DNA of 64,000 nt, from the NCBI RefSeq assembly GCF_001194135.2, contig NC_068986.1, positions 5,067,376 through 5,131,375 on the forward strand. The letters run 5' to 3'. The notes under the pieces were generated by a model, which was not told where the DNA came from, made no database searches, and was given only the letters and a program-made list of their open reading frames with translations. Shown here piece by piece: positions 34,350 to 48,030 of the stretch; position 1 is the stretch's first letter, and the number at the start of each line of letters is the position of its first letter. Position numbers and translations under genes: made by a program. The DNA comes from Octopus bimaculoides. Lineage: Eukaryota.

Positions 34350-37240
34350 ACTGAATGGATTCGCTAAATTATATATATCCGAAAGTATCCAGTTAAACAC
34401 ATCAAATATTCTTCATATTTTTATAATTCAATCATAATTTATACTAGAGAAATAGTTTCCGTAGAAGAGTTTAGCTGTTTTATACAAAAGTATACTTTAC
34501 TAATACGAAACGAGATCATCAAATAAAACTATACTTTCTTTAAAATAGCTAAGATATTTATTGATCAAAAACAATAAATATTTAAATGTTAATATATAGT
34601 ACGAATTAAAAACTAAAGATTAATTTTAAATACATAAATTTTACTTTTTCTTTTCGCCAAATGCTCCACACTATTTTTATAGCTTTCAATTGACGGTGTT
34701 TCCATAACACAACTTTTTTTGTGTATTGTTGTGGTCGAGTAATGCTCTACTCTAAACAGAAGTAAGAAATTTAAAATGTAAGGTCATTGTTAATAATTTT
34801 CCTTGTTAACCAAAATATGTTATTCTACTTTCATTACAATAAACCATTAAACGCTTATTGTTTATTTCAATATATTGTAATTCATAAAACTTATATGAAG
34901 GCAATAATAGACTGACAGAATAGTCCGACTGAATACCGGTGGCATTACGTTCTGACAACATTGCCCATCTTCTTTCTGGGTTCGATTTTAATATATCTCT
35001 AAAGTATCCTAGTTGTAAATTGAATAAGTGATTAAAACTAGAATATATTTAAATCCTAGTAAATTAATTACAAGTAAAATGTAATCGACACACGCACTGG
35101 TTCAGTCCTTTATTAATTTATTACCGGCATAATGCCTCTCCCAAGGTTTAACTGTATTTCTTTCAACACACGTATCCACATCAAGAATCTTGCACGCCAA
35201 ATACACATTCGAAAAATGTAATCGGTTGCACTAGAAACTTCGTTTTATTTTCCGTTTACTTTCTCATCTGTCAATGGTAGTCGAGTACGACTTGGTAGTT
35301 GGTTTACCATACCTTCGCTCCTGTTTTAGATGCCTACGTAGTCGCGAGCAAAGACCGACAGCCTCTTGACCCGTTAGAACATCAAAGACATGTTGGATGG
35401 AGAGGGTCTGCGTCTATCTAACCACGTTTGATTTAAAGGCAATCTTTATCCACCTTGTCACAGCACAGTCATACAGTATGTATAGTATTGTTATGTTTGC
35501 TTTTTGTTTTTTATCGATCCAACTGTACTATCTGTTGGGTCACTGCACCCCGGTAAATGTTGCCGTTTTCTGCCCATAATAGCCACCAAGATAACTGAAC
35601 TCGCATGTAGCTAGAAGCCATCCCTCTATGTACCACATGTTGAACACGCTACATAGTAAGTACTACAGCACTACAAAAAGATCCTACTTATATTTATTTG
35701 TCAATAAAAGGAATTAATGGTTAATGTTTCCGGGTAATATTGTAAACATTAGCCGAATTGATTTACTAAAAATGTAACATGGTGAATTGGTCTTTAATCT
35801 CTTTAAATTTCTTTAAAATGTTTCAGCTTCAAAGCTGCGGTCATGCTGGGGCACCGAGTATGTTTCAATTTAAAATTCCTACTCAGGTCTTATTTGACTG
35901 TGTCAAATGTTTTTTCTAGAATCTAATTTGTAACCAATTTTAAGTTACCACATTGTTTTGTATATTTGAATAAATACTTTTAAAAAAATGTTTATCAGAT
36001 ACACTATTTGAATGCAATGTGATCTCGAATATGATATGACCCAGCTTTTTGTTCCAAAAATCAGCAACATTTTATCATTAGATATTTTCTGTGGAATTTC
36101 TCTTGTTATACTGAATTAAATACAGTCCCTACGTCTTATGCATAATTTTTCCATGCTTGCATCGATAGGGCGAATTCGTTATTTGATCATTGTTTTACAG
36201 CCTTACCTATTTTTCAAGTTAGGGATCACTTATTTCACACAGCTTTGAAAGCATCAAATGCCTAAACGATTTATTGACAGGAGAAACTGACAACAGCACC
36301 GCCCGCCACACTTTTTGTACAAGCGATTGTATATATAAACATACGTCCGCACATGTTTTCGAGTTCAATCAATCTTGCGCCTATTACACACACACAACGA
36401 GCTTGTGTGCAGTTTCTATCTGCTAAATTCTACTCACAGTAATTTGTGATTATGGTAGAAAACACTTAAAGTGCCACACAGTGGGATTGAACTTGGAATC
36501 ACATAGTTACAAAGCAAAACTCCTTAACTATACAACCGTGCTTAGAGCTGACATAGTATAGCAAATGGTATTCATGATTACATAACTGTTTTACTGTGAA
36601 GGTGTTGAATCTATTGCTACAAACAAGTCTATCAGACAAGCCTGAGCAATTTAGTAACCAATTACTTCGTTAGCAGAAATGAGAGCTCTTCATCTTGTAG
36701 TGACTACAACATTGAACTGCCTCGGTTACAATGACAAATGCACCAAAATCCTATTGCTTGTAAGATATGTGTAGTATTTTTCCATCATTGTCTTTCAAAA
36801 CAGAATACCGATGATGATGGTGGTGGTGGTGGTGGTGGTGGTAGTGGCATAGGAGGAAGAAGAGAAGTTGAGCTGCTGAGAGGTCACAGCTCCTGTACCA
36901 CAGAAATGTGATTAGAATGCTGCAGGAAAGAATCACAAGACAGATTCTTCAGGCCAAGCCACCCAACAGGAGACTTAGAGGAAGACCAAGAATGAGATGG
37001 TTGGATAATATCCATAGTCTCAGTTGGTCACGCTTGGGAATCCAGGCAGAAAGTCTAATGGCAGTTGCTTCTGATTGAACCTTATGGAGGAGGTGTCTGA
37101 AGACACAACCCTCCCAGGACTAGTGAACTGAGAAGATGAATGATTGGTTGAAAGTCCTTAGAATTGAAAAGTGACTGATGTGTGTGATTATATTCTCTAA
37201 TAAATTCTTTTATATCTTCTTATTAACATTTTCTATTTTA
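34350..37240. promoter_or_regulatory. Putative bidirectional promoter and 5'UTR region between PIGA and ANKRD49
   Basis: Divergent genes; visibly CpG-retaining, largely non-repetitive DNA at ~34900-35650; both ATG exons preceded by AG acceptors; TSSs not located. Confidence 0.55.
36855..37140 (+). mobile_element. RTE LINE C-terminal fragment
   Basis: IRMLQERITRQILQAKPPNRRLRGRPRMRWLDNI resembles the RTE R.RGRPR.RW.D motif. Confidence 0.7.
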
Positions 37241-37247
37241 GAAGAAA

Positions 37248-37317
37248 ATGGAGACTGACCAAACTTCAGAATGTCATGAAAGTGATGATGGTAATAAGAA
37301 CAACAGCAGTAGAAACG
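37248..37317 (+). CDS. ANKRD49: ANKRD49-like coding exon 1: METDQTSECHESDDGNKNNSSRN
   Basis: TTTTAG acceptor 6 nt before the ATG; G|GTAATA donor, phase 1 compatible; assigned by phase, not homology. Confidence 0.65.
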
Positions 37318-38559
37318 GTAATATTTTTACCAATAACTGCAATCTGGAAGGTACGATCAAAGTGTTATTTAATTTGAACTGTGTGGGGGTCACTTCCTGG
37401 TCCACCTTAAACAGATCCATGCCATTGACACATGCATACAGTTAGAGCAAAGTATTTCCTTACTAACACAACTTATTCAACTGTAAAATAGAATACATCA
37501 GTCAGACTTGTCCAAGTTTACCTTGACTGACAATAATTTCTACTGCTAAAGACTCAATACGTTAGGTGTAGGAAGGTTTGAACTCATAACATGATATATC
37601 AGTAATAGACTACTACCTTAAAGTCACAGCCAAAAATGCTACTCTTTTGTTTTGCTTCTTTACTTTCCGAGTTTAAATGTTGTTGAGGTCAACTTTGCCT
37701 TTCATCCATCTGGAATCATTACAATAGTACCAGTCAAATACTGAAGTCAATGTAATCAGCTAACCCCCTTCCCTACAAATTGTATCTATATTTGAAACAA
37801 TAGTTGTAAACTTCATATCTAACAACAATATTTTTTAAGTCACTATACTTCTGTGAGAAAATAATTAAAAAAGAAAAGAAACCTCTTTCATTCTGAAATG
37901 CCTTTCTAAGCGTATGTTGCTCTAATTAACAGTAAATTAGTAAAGTTGCTAGAATGTAGAACAAAATGCCTTGTGATATTTGGTCTGGCTTATTGTACTC
38001 CGAGTTCAAATCCCACTGAAATCACCTTTAGCTTTCATTCTTTTATGAGGTCAATGAAATAAAGTACCAATCCAGAGCAGTGGACTGGTAAAATTGTTAG
38101 AGTTTTGGACAAGATGACTTTCAGCATTTGTTCTGGCTCTAATCAACCGGAGTTTGTGGGTGGTAGACTTAATTCTTTGTCTGGCTTAACAACACCATAT
38201 GGGCCCTGGATGCCTTTAGCAGAGTTCACTTTGTACAAATACGTGGTACAGATCTCTGGTTTGAGAATAATATGCTCCCTTTCCCCCACCAGTTTCAGAG
38301 GCTCTTTATATATAAAGGATTATGGGCACTGCCCTTTCCTTCATGACAAAGCATTAGGAAAAAAAATCAAAACTCCAAAATAGTGATTTATTGTTAGCAT
38401 CCTGCTCAGCAGTATTTTGTGCCATTTCTGTTTTTTTTCCAAGCGACTGATATATTTGTGAACTGAAGCTATTTTGAGATGGTCAGTTTTTTTGTTATTT
38501 CTGATGTATTTGTATAATATATTCAGTAATAAAATTGTTCCCTATTTTATTGGTAACAG

Positions 38560-38685
38560 ATACAACAGCTCTAGAAGATGAAACAGAGGTAGAAGAAACT
38601 TTAAATTCTCAAAATAAGGATGATGGTAGTAAGATTGAAGGTGATAAGGATGGTGAAACTTCTTCCAAACATTCCAGTCTAAAAG
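38560..38685 (+). CDS. ANKRD49: ANKRD49-like coding exon 2 (acidic): DTTALEDETEVEE...KHSSLK
   Basis: AACAG acceptor, G|GTATTG donor, 126 nt open, phase 1 to 1. Confidence 0.75.
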
Positions 38686-39324
38686 GTATTGAGAAAATGT
38701 CATTTGAAAAATTCAAACTATTTCCTAAGAATAATTAATCTTTAATATGTAAATACTATTTTTTAAAGTTATTTCATTTGCAACAAGGAAATAATCATAT
38801 GTCTGGTATCAATGGAAGCCATTTCATAAGGTTTATTTTCTCACTTCACATCATATGCTAAATTATTTTAATAACTATTTTATTTTTAATTTTGTTAAGA
38901 AATGCTATTATTTAATTATATTTGTTTGAGTAGCTGCTCTGATTATCAAACTGCTGGTCCAGCAAATTTTTAGAGAATGTACTATTTGTGTCTTTTCTTC
39001 CTTATTTTCTGTTACAAATTTTGCTTTATAGATGAAGTTGTTGTTTAAATCTATATTTCCAGATGTCAAAATTTTTGTATTTTTATCTTATCCCAAATTC
39101 TCTTGAGAGTATCCTTTATTCTCTGTTAGGATATATCATTTCTTATTAATGCTTTACAATTGTTTCTTAACTTGAACCAGCAATCATGGTACATTGAGTT
39201 ATTAATTCTTTTAATTCAACTCAGCTTGATGCCATTGTGTACTTCAAAATATTTTGGTAGAAATTATGTATTCTTCCACTTATTTATTGATTTACCACAT
39301 GTCTTTTTACATTATTTACAACAG

Positions 39325-39485
39325 ATGATATGAATGCATATATACTGCGTGCTTCTGAAAAAGGCAGATATGACATTGTAGAGAAACTCTTAGAAAGAGA
39401 TCCAAAATTGCTCAACGCTACAGATGCTGACAATTATACACCTCTACATCGGTCAGTTTACAGTGGCCATGTTGAAATTGTCAAG
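39325..39485 (+). CDS. ANKRD49: ANKRD49-like coding exon 3: ...ILRASEKGRYDIVEKLLERD...DADNYTPLHRSVYSGHVEIVK
   Basis: Ankyrin TPLH motif; matches recalled LLWAAEKN...DEDEYTPLHRAAYSGH. Confidence 0.93.
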
Positions 39486-40884
39486 GTAATCATGTTTTAA
39501 GTCATATCAATAATTGTTTTGCTAACGATACACTTAGTAACTGCTAGTTCACTAATATTACATCTAATCAATTGCAGCTTTTTTTTTTTTTATTGCTTAT
39601 TTTACAAAATGTTTTAATATCCAAAATTGTGTTAACAAACATCATAGAACAGTGAGAACTTTCTAGCCCTACAGGATACAGAGCATCCTCACTAGTGTTG
39701 GTCCCATAATATAATGCAACTTGTATAATCTGTAAAGTGGATAGTGAACAAGCTGAGACAATATAATGTTAAAAGAATCTTTTAGTTTGCTCAGGAGCTG
39801 GTGTCATGATAAACTGTACCTGGTATAACCCTGTAAATTGGTCAATGAACAGAGACAATATCAAGAGAACTCTTTAGTTTTATTAAGGGCATGACAACTT
39901 CTCACATACTGGTGCCATGATAAAATGCACTCAATGCACTCTGTAAAGTAGTTGGTGTAAGGAAGGCCATCCAGCCATAGAATCCATGCCAAATATTGAC
40001 ACCATGGGAAAGATATGGTCTGCCAACCCCATCTAGAAGGGCAGTAACTCTGAATAAAAACTGACGCAGGGCAATGACCCATCCGAACCATACAAGCACG
40101 GAAAACAGTTGTAAAATGATGGCAAAATTTGCTGTTAGTGCCACAAAGCTTAATATATTAAAGAGATAACTTAGAATTGGGTTTTTTACTAATTCTACTC
40201 TCGTTATTGTACACCAAGAAGGGGGTTCTCAGATGTTTTGGTATTATTAAATTTCCCTCGTAAAGTGTAGACTTCTCTTTACCAAATGAGTCATATTTAG
40301 GGTTATTGCTCTTGCCAAGATCAGATTAAAATAATATTAATTATTGAACTTAAATATGTTGGATCTGATTTGACTTCTATTTTTTGTGCAAATAGCATGA
40401 CTTGATACTTTCCCTTAGTAATTACATCTTTTTATCACTGTTTGTCTGCTTTATTGTACAGCAATATACTGATTCTTTTATCACTAATTTGGCAAGTACA
40501 GAGATGGCACTAATTTGTCTTTTACTACTTTTGTTGCATTCATCCCAAATTTCATCAAACTATCCTAGCATCCAACAAGTTCTTTTTTTTTTTTTATCTC
40601 TTAAATTTAAAAGTGTTATTTTCATATCTTGCTAACCAAAGAAAAACAAAAAAAGATTCTAACATATTTCTGAAATATTCTTCATTTTTTTCTACTCAAG
40701 AATAAGGTACATGAGCTCAGTTGTTAGAGTGTCAGGCATTTGATTATTAGGTTCATACACTGTGTTATGTCCTTGAGCAAAGCATATCATTTTTCCTTGC
40801 TATAGTCTACTCAGCTGATAACCAACTGCTGGTGCAACCCTCTCTCTTGCCAACTATCACATCATGGATGTTCTTCCAAGTTAA

Positions 40885-41104
40885 CCCTTTTGTTACTGTA
40901 TTTATTTTTAGATACTCTGTGTTTCTTTCAATTACTTTAAATATAACAAAGAATTTAGTAAAATAACTTAGTTATCATTCAGTTAGTGTTAGGAACATAA
41001 ATTGTGACTAAGCTTTGGTGGAAGATTTTAATTCAAAACTTTTGAAAACAAGACATTTGTACTCAAAGCCAGAGCCGGTTTCAGCCGGGTTGGTAACGAA
41101 AGGG
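40885..41104. mobile_element. piggyBac-like MITE (family 1)
   Basis: TTAA|CCCTTTTGTTAC ... GTAACGAAAGGG|TTAA; related to 61390-61599. Confidence 0.85.
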
Positions 41105-41907
41105 TTAAGGGTGGGAAGGTAAAGAGAGTGTCTGTCAATGCAATGTTGCATAGACACCAAAAGTAATTACTGAGAGCATGGTTCATGCTACCAAATTATA
41201 CTCAATTGAGAGTGACAGCTCTGGATATCTGATTTTCTCACCAAAGCATTTAGGAAATTTTTCACAATTGGACATATTCCACTAGTATACTGGAAGAGTA
41301 AGAATATTTGCTATATATAGAGTCGGCTGGTTATTCCAGAATTATTCTGAGATTTCTCTTAATAACATTGTTTAGTTGTCTCTTAGATATTAGTTTTACC
41401 ATTGAGATAGCTGTATTACTAAATTCATTTCTATTGCAGGTTTTTGTAACAACAAATACTATTACCTTAGTTTTACAAAGTTGAGTTTTAAAAACCAATA
41501 TTTAACTCTGAAATTAATAGCAGAGCAAATCATTAATGCCCACTGAAGTCCAGTCTTTGTTTTAGTTTGGTGGCTTGGGTGTCTCAGTGACTGTGAGAGC
41601 TATGCCAGCAGAGCACAAATTCTTGGTACTCCCCCCCCACACACACACACACACACACAACCATGCTGAGCAGGTCAAAAGATAGAGACTAGACTAATAT
41701 GAACTCCCTCTTCTCAGCAATAAAATTGGGTTTGCACTGAGCCGTTGCCCCTACCTAGAAAAAGTTGTTACAGAAGTGCTGATGGCAATTCAGCATCAAA
41801 ACCTAGGGAAGATAAGACAGCCCAGAGTCGAGAACAGTGGGAAACAAACCATTAATGGCCTGTACTCCATTGGGAGTAATGGGCTTAAGTAGTAAACCAA
41901 TAGTATC

Positions 41908-42124
41908 ACTTGGAATATTTATTTAAGCCAGCCATATCTGGCCAAAATAATCTACCTGTTTATCTTCAAACTGGCCATATCTGGCCTCTCATACTTACCA
42001 AACAATATTATTCTAAAAATAAACAATCGCGTCATTGAAATCTCAAAGTATCAGGTAATGCATAAAAAAAATGAAATAAAAAAATAAGCATTACATTTGA
42101 CAGAGAAATCTGAATGCTAAAGGG
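41908..42124. mobile_element. piggyBac-like MITE (family 2), one end missing
   Basis: TGAATGCTAAAGGG end; body is the reverse complement of 19588-19807. Confidence 0.65.
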
Positions 42125-42329
42125 GTAAAGTAGTAGAAAATAAAAATGATATATATTATTTAATTCTAATGTGTTACTATGGTTGTTGGCAAGATTTGAT
42201 ATAAAGAATCAGTATGCTATAAATGTTTTACTTTTCCCTGTATTATTATCATGAAGTGAATATAGAATTATTTCAATTCCATAAAAACTTCATAATCAGT
42301 CACTTTGTTTTACATTATTAACTCTCCCA

Positions 42330-42540
42330 TCAAGCTGGCAGAACCATTAGTACGCCAGGTGAAATGCTTAGTGGTATTTCTTCTGCTGTTGTGTTCCGAG
42401 TTCAAATTCCACCCTGGTCGGCTTTGCCTTTCATCCTTACGGGGTTAGTGAAATAAGTACCAGTTACACACTGGAGTCAACATAATCGACTAACCCCTTT
42501 CCCCAAAAAGTTTCAAGTCTTTGTACCTAGAGTAGAAATA
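42330..42540 (+). mobile_element. tRNA-derived SINE (4931 family) immediately upstream of the ANKRD49 last acceptor
   Basis: AAGCTGGCAGAA head, GAGTTCAAATTC, GCCTTTCATCC domain. Confidence 0.8.
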
Positions 42541-42567
42541 ATTGTTAACTCTTCCATCTTATTTCAG

Positions 42568-42903
42568 CTGCTGCTATCAAAAAATGCTAAAGTTGATGCT
42601 TCCACAATTGATGGCTGGCAACCACTGCATTGTGCATGTCACTGGAGTCAAATAGACATAGCATTTTTATTATTACAGAATGGGGCAGACATCAATGCTC
42701 AGACCAATGGTGGTTTGACTCCACTCCATCTGGCTGCTGCTACTTCCTGTAAATCAATACTTGAAATGTTACTAATGAATCGATACTTGAACTGGAATCT
42801 GAAAAACGCTGCAAATGAAAATCCTTGTCAAGTTTCAAAATGTTCCAGTAAAAATTTTTATTTATTTGAAATTACAGAAGACCGAATAAATTTATTGAAA
42901 TAA
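42568..42903 (+). CDS. ANKRD49: ANKRD49-like terminal coding exon: LLLSKNAKVDASTIDGWQPLHCACHW...QTNGGLTPLHLAA...LLMNRY...YLFEITE..*
   Basis: Matches recalled ANKRD49 C-terminus (DGWTPLHSAC.W, LLMNRY, YLFEI); TTTCAG acceptor. Confidence 0.93.
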   Translation: MLLSKNAKVDASTIDGWQPLHCACHWSQIDIAFLLLQNGADINAQTNGGLTPLHLAAATSCKSILEMLLMNRYLNWNLKNAANENPCQVSKCSSKNFYLFEITEDRINLLK

Positions 42904-43225
42904 AAGATATTTTAATGTTTTCATAAATGTGCTGTGTCATTGTTGTTATTGTGTAGTCTCAGGTCAATCATGATCAAACAAGCCTATGGTCAAAAACTTC
43001 TAGTTCAAACTATCTTGTCTTTCTCCCAGGGACCCTGCATAAAGAACTACTTCACCCAATGGTACCTTCTTTTATAAGAGTGTAGGGTACTTTTTGCTGA
43101 ATGTTCAAAGCAGCTGATACATTCACTGTGAAAAAATTAAAGTGTTCAGTTTTAACCCACTAGCTTGCATATAATTTAAACAATCACACTTCATAATAGC
43201 CCTATTATTTTTCATTATCTTTTAT

Positions 43226-43231
43226 AATAAA
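43226..43231 (+). terminator. Candidate ANKRD49 polyadenylation signal AATAAA
   Basis: First AATAAA seen after the stop codon. Confidence 0.45.
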
Positions 43232-43439
43232 CATATCAGTGCAGACATTGTTGTATGGTAGAGAAACTTGCTTTCCAATCACATGGTTTTGGATTCAGTC
43301 CCACAGCATGGCACCTTGAGAAAGTGTCTTCAACAATAGCCCTATGTTAACCAAAACCTTTATAAGTGGATTTGATAGAAAGAAACCTGTCTGATATATG
43401 TGTGAGTGTGTGAAGATAGGGAAAGCTCCTCAGCCCATC

Positions 43440-44945
43440 AGGAATTGCCACTGGGATGCTTAAAATATCTGGCAGAGCGGGATATAGCCTAGTCAGCCAT
43501 ATAGTTAATCAGGTTGTCCATGAGGGAGTTATACCCAACGACTGGTACAATGGTAAAGATGATGCCTTAGACAAGAATAATTACATAAGTACCAAATTGC
43601 TGGACCAGGTCATGAAAGTTACAGAGAGGGTCATAGCTCAACTAATTAGGAAGGAAGTTTGTCTAAATGAGATGCAGTTTAGTTTTGTGCCAGAGAGAAG
43701 CACTACTGATGCTCTCTTCCTAGCCAGGCAACTGCAGGAGAAGCATCTAGCAAAAACTAAGCCTCTGTACTTAGCTTTTGTCAACATGAAGAAAGTCATT
43801 GACAGGGTCCCCCACTCCCTTATCTAGCAGTCAATGCAGAAGCTAGGGATAGGTGAGTGGATGGTGAGAGCCATACAAGCCATGTACAGGGATACTGCCG
43901 GTAAGGTGAAAGTTGGCGATGAGTATAGCAAATAATTTAGTGTATAGGCAAGAGTCCACCAAGGATCGTTTCTCAGCACCCCACTCTTTATCATAATCCT
44001 CCAGGTCATAACAGTGAAATTTAAGACTGGTTGCCTTTGAGAGCTTCTCTACACTGATGACCATGTTCTTATAGCTGAATCTCTACTAGAATTAAAAGAA
44101 ATTTCATGTGTGAAAGGAAGGTTTGGAATCAAAAGGCCTTAATTAATTTGGCAAGACCAAAGTCCTAGTAAGTTGGAAAGCAGACAGATTATTAATCCCT
44201 TCAGGGAGATTGCCCTGCTATATACATAGAAAAGGTGTAGGTAGAAATTCCATATTGTGTTCCCAATGCAAGCTATGGACATAATAGAGGTACAGTGGTA
44301 TCACAGGAAGATTAACAGAGTAGTCTGTGTGTGTGTGTAGGTACAATTAACACTAGGAAACAGATTTCCTCAAATATCCAGAGGGATCCTTAGAGGTAGT
44401 AGATAGCTTCTGTGACCAAGTTAGTAGCGAAGGGGGATGCTCTAAAACCGTAGTTGCTTGAATGAGAACGGCTGTGTAAAGTTCAAAGAGCTAAGTTTGT
44501 TGGCAACAAAGGGCAGATTGTATGATGCCTGTGTATGTACAGCTATGCTGCTTGGCAGTGAAACATGCTCTATGACTACAGAGGACCTGAGAAGGCTTGA
44601 AAGAAATGAGGCCAGCATGCTCCGCTGGTTGGGTAATGTCTGTGTACATGCTCGACTGAGTGTAAGTATTTTAAGAAAAATCGAGTACAAGAGACATTAG
44701 ATGTAGTATGCAAGAGAGAAGGCTGTATTGGTATGGTCATGTGATGTGTATGGAAGAGAACAACAGCATAAAGAAGTACCAATCTCTAGTTGTAGAGGAA
44801 GCCTATAGCAGCAGTAACCCAGGAAGACGTGGGATGAAGTGATGAGAAATGATCTTCAGATGTTGAGCCTCACAGGGAAAATAACAGGGAACCAAGACCT
44901 GGTAATTTGTTGTGCTTGAGAAGACACATTAAGCTAAGTAAAATC
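43440..44945 (+). mobile_element. Decayed RTE-clade LINE: RT domain, PHD-like insert, thumb and 3' end
   Basis: NEMQFSFVPERSTTDALFLARQLQEKH..LYLAFVNMKK.IDRVP; LYTDD at ~44048; multiple stops and frameshifts. Confidence 0.92.
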
Positions 44946-47499
44946 ATGGCCATCCATACATACAGGCTTGTCCATTACAGCCATGTCTGCCTTACACACA
45001 CATGCACAATCTGTCCTCTGTCAAAACTCCCCTGCAACCCATCTCAATACCCTCTCCATCCCACTACCCATGATCCCCACCCACTACATGCCTTTCCACT
45101 CTCCATACCCCCACATATCTACCATACCCCCTTTCCTAACCACTCAGATTTCTCTCACCATCACTTGCTCCAGTCATCTTTTCCCCACCTCCACATATTT
45201 CCCCTCATGCTTTTAGGGAACATCCTCAGCTATCCCCTCTGTACCACATACTTACCCCCACAGTTCCCTACAGGTAGGTCTTGATGCATCACTTCCAGCA
45301 CTTAACATCCATAATTCACACCCACAATGTATTATTACTTAAAAATTAATTCATGTTTTCATTGAAATTTTTAGATTTTTCTTTTAACTGTTTTTATTCA
45401 TAAACCTTTGACTCTAAATGGAGCATTGGGCACCAACTAGAGATCTCCATCTGTCTCAATATTTGGCAATATATTGCAATTGTTGTCCCAAGTGTAGCTG
45501 TTCAGTACTGCTCCAGTTTTTGTGGACCTTCTCCATGTTTTTGGTCAGCTATGCTTTTGTGCCTCTCTCTTAAACTTAAGCCTTTGTAGCTGTTTCAATC
45601 TGACATTTTACTTCTTTCATAGATCAAACATTATCCATTATTTCCACCCCCAACCAAATGTTTAAATTCATTGACTTGATTGAGTATATTGTCCACTATT
45701 TCAAATGGATTGACCATTTTATTATTACTTTTACAATTTATTAATATTTTGCATTTTTTAGAACTTATTTTCATTCCAAATCATCTTGCAATTTCTATCA
45801 AAATGTGTTCTTGTATCACTAAGTTCTTATTCATTATGTCCTATTATTACCGAACACAATTTGCAGTTAGAAATATACCATTTACTTTTGATAACCACAA
45901 TAGCACAAGTAAGAATTTTCCAGAATAAGAAACTGTTGAGAAATGAAATATGCTCATGACTTAAAGTTTATAAAACATCTTAACTCAACAAAAGGCTAGA
46001 TTTCTTTTGTACAATCTTATTTGTAACATTCAATACCTCAACTATGGATTTCTGTGCTCTACATTCAAAAAATTAAAAATGCCTTTGATAGGAATACCAG
46101 AAACACAATAAATAGCTTTGGTTGGCAACAAAAAAAATCTTCAACTCGTAAATAAAAAAAACTTTTAAATCTATTTACCATAATAAAAGGAAAATTGTTC
46201 AGTTCTGTGTCAATACCATTGTCAATTTTACATCCATTTTTCTTATAGACATGTGTTGAGCAGATTGGTTCCCAACACACCATCTCCCCAGCTGTTTTAT
46301 TCCTTTGTAATCTCCTTCAAAAGAACCAGTATTCTGAGAACAGATCTTCTCCCTTCCTACATATTCTTCCACTTTTCACTCAACTTTCATTCCTGATGCA
46401 CATCATATGTCTTTCTTGCACACAATGACTAATTCCACTAATACCCATTTTTTTTCTCTTAGCGTACTTGTGCTCCATCATTCATACCAAGCAGCACATC
46501 CAACAGACCAAGCTGGATGTATAATATTTGTGGCTATGAATGATGTCTAATGTTTCTTTCCAGCCTTCTATATTCAATACCTGAGTTCAAATTCTGCCAT
46601 GGTCAACTTTGTCTTTCATCGTTTCAGGGTCAATAGGATAAGTACCAGTTGAACTCTAGAGTTGATGTAATCCATTTACTCACTCCCTTGAAATTGTTGG
46701 CCTTGTGCCAAAATTTAAAATAAATATTATACTTTGTACATATATACTAAACAATCAAAGAGAAAAGCCCTTTGTTATAAACAGAGATTTTGGTACCCTG
46801 AAATCTTCTCCATTTCAGCCTTATTCTGGAAAATATGCTTTAAAGATATCCACATTCACCACTTACAAATCACTTAAGTAGCTGAAACTATCAACTACTT
46901 CTAGCAAGTGTTCTGGGTAGATGAAAGACTTCATTTCTTGGGTGTTCTTCCAGCTAACTACTGCACATTTATTGCATATGGATACCTCTTTCTCTTTCAA
47001 TCTACATTGGGTACACATTACAGTGTTCCTGCTCCCTGCACTTTCTGCTGGTTGAGCATAGCCACTTCCAATATGTTAGTAAGTATCTATAGGTTGTTGT
47101 AGTATTAATGTTTCCTTTCCTCCTAAGTAAGACTTTCATCTTTGCTACATTGAATTTTAGGCTTCTCATGCTTTCATCTAAGTTTTTATAGTTCTATTTA
47201 CTGTACTATTCCAGCACCATGTGAGACCTTGCTCCATCCACAGATCCGGTTTTTGGTTTATAGTACATTGTTTTGCAGCAATTCCCATTTAACTTTTATC
47301 TGTATCATAGTCCCTTATTTCTTCCTACCATTTATCATCAACATTGCTGAGTACAACTTGAAATTTATATACAGCAGATAAGCCCTCAGTCATTAGTAAC
47401 TTCTAGCTCTTATCCCGAGGCAATGAATTACTTGTCTATGTTGAATAATACAGTCTTCATTAGACAGAGATTTAACATTTACATGCTGTTGCCTGTTTT

Positions 47500-48030
47500 G
47501 TTTTCTGGTGAGAACATCTGACTCGTTGTTCATCTGAGAGTTACAACAATCAGATGACTGACTGACTTTCTGAAATTTGTGTTACAAATGGTTAAGTCAA
47601 ATATGTCACAGAACTCAAAGATCCTTGATTCTTCTTCATTTCTTGTACCATAGCCATATTTTCCATGTATTGCAAAGTACTCATAATGATGTTATCCAGC
47701 ATGTCTTTCAAAATTTACAGCCACAATAATGAGGTTGATGTGCCTGTTTTCCAGATAGTCTGCAAGAGGGCATATGTAGAGATCATTGTTGCTGTTGTGT
47801 CATCTATGACATGTCTAAGCTTAATTACTGTGTCACATATTTTGACTACCTCAGTTACTCAATTCATTTCTCTGCCAACAATATGCCTACTCCACAGCTG
47901 TTAGCTACCTAAAACTTTCTTTACATGTCTTCCTGTCACTGAGGAGTCTGGCTGAGGCTCCCCACCATCTCACCTCTTGCACACAGCCCACATCAACTCA
48001 TCTCTGCTCTAGCAACTCTATTTCTATAAA
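47500..48030 (-). mobile_element. RTE LINE AP-endonuclease domain relic
   Basis: IHGKYGYGTRNEEESRIFEFCDIFDLTICNTNFRK resembles the RTE EN motif G..G.G..N..G..L..FC....L.I.NT.F. Confidence 0.75.
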
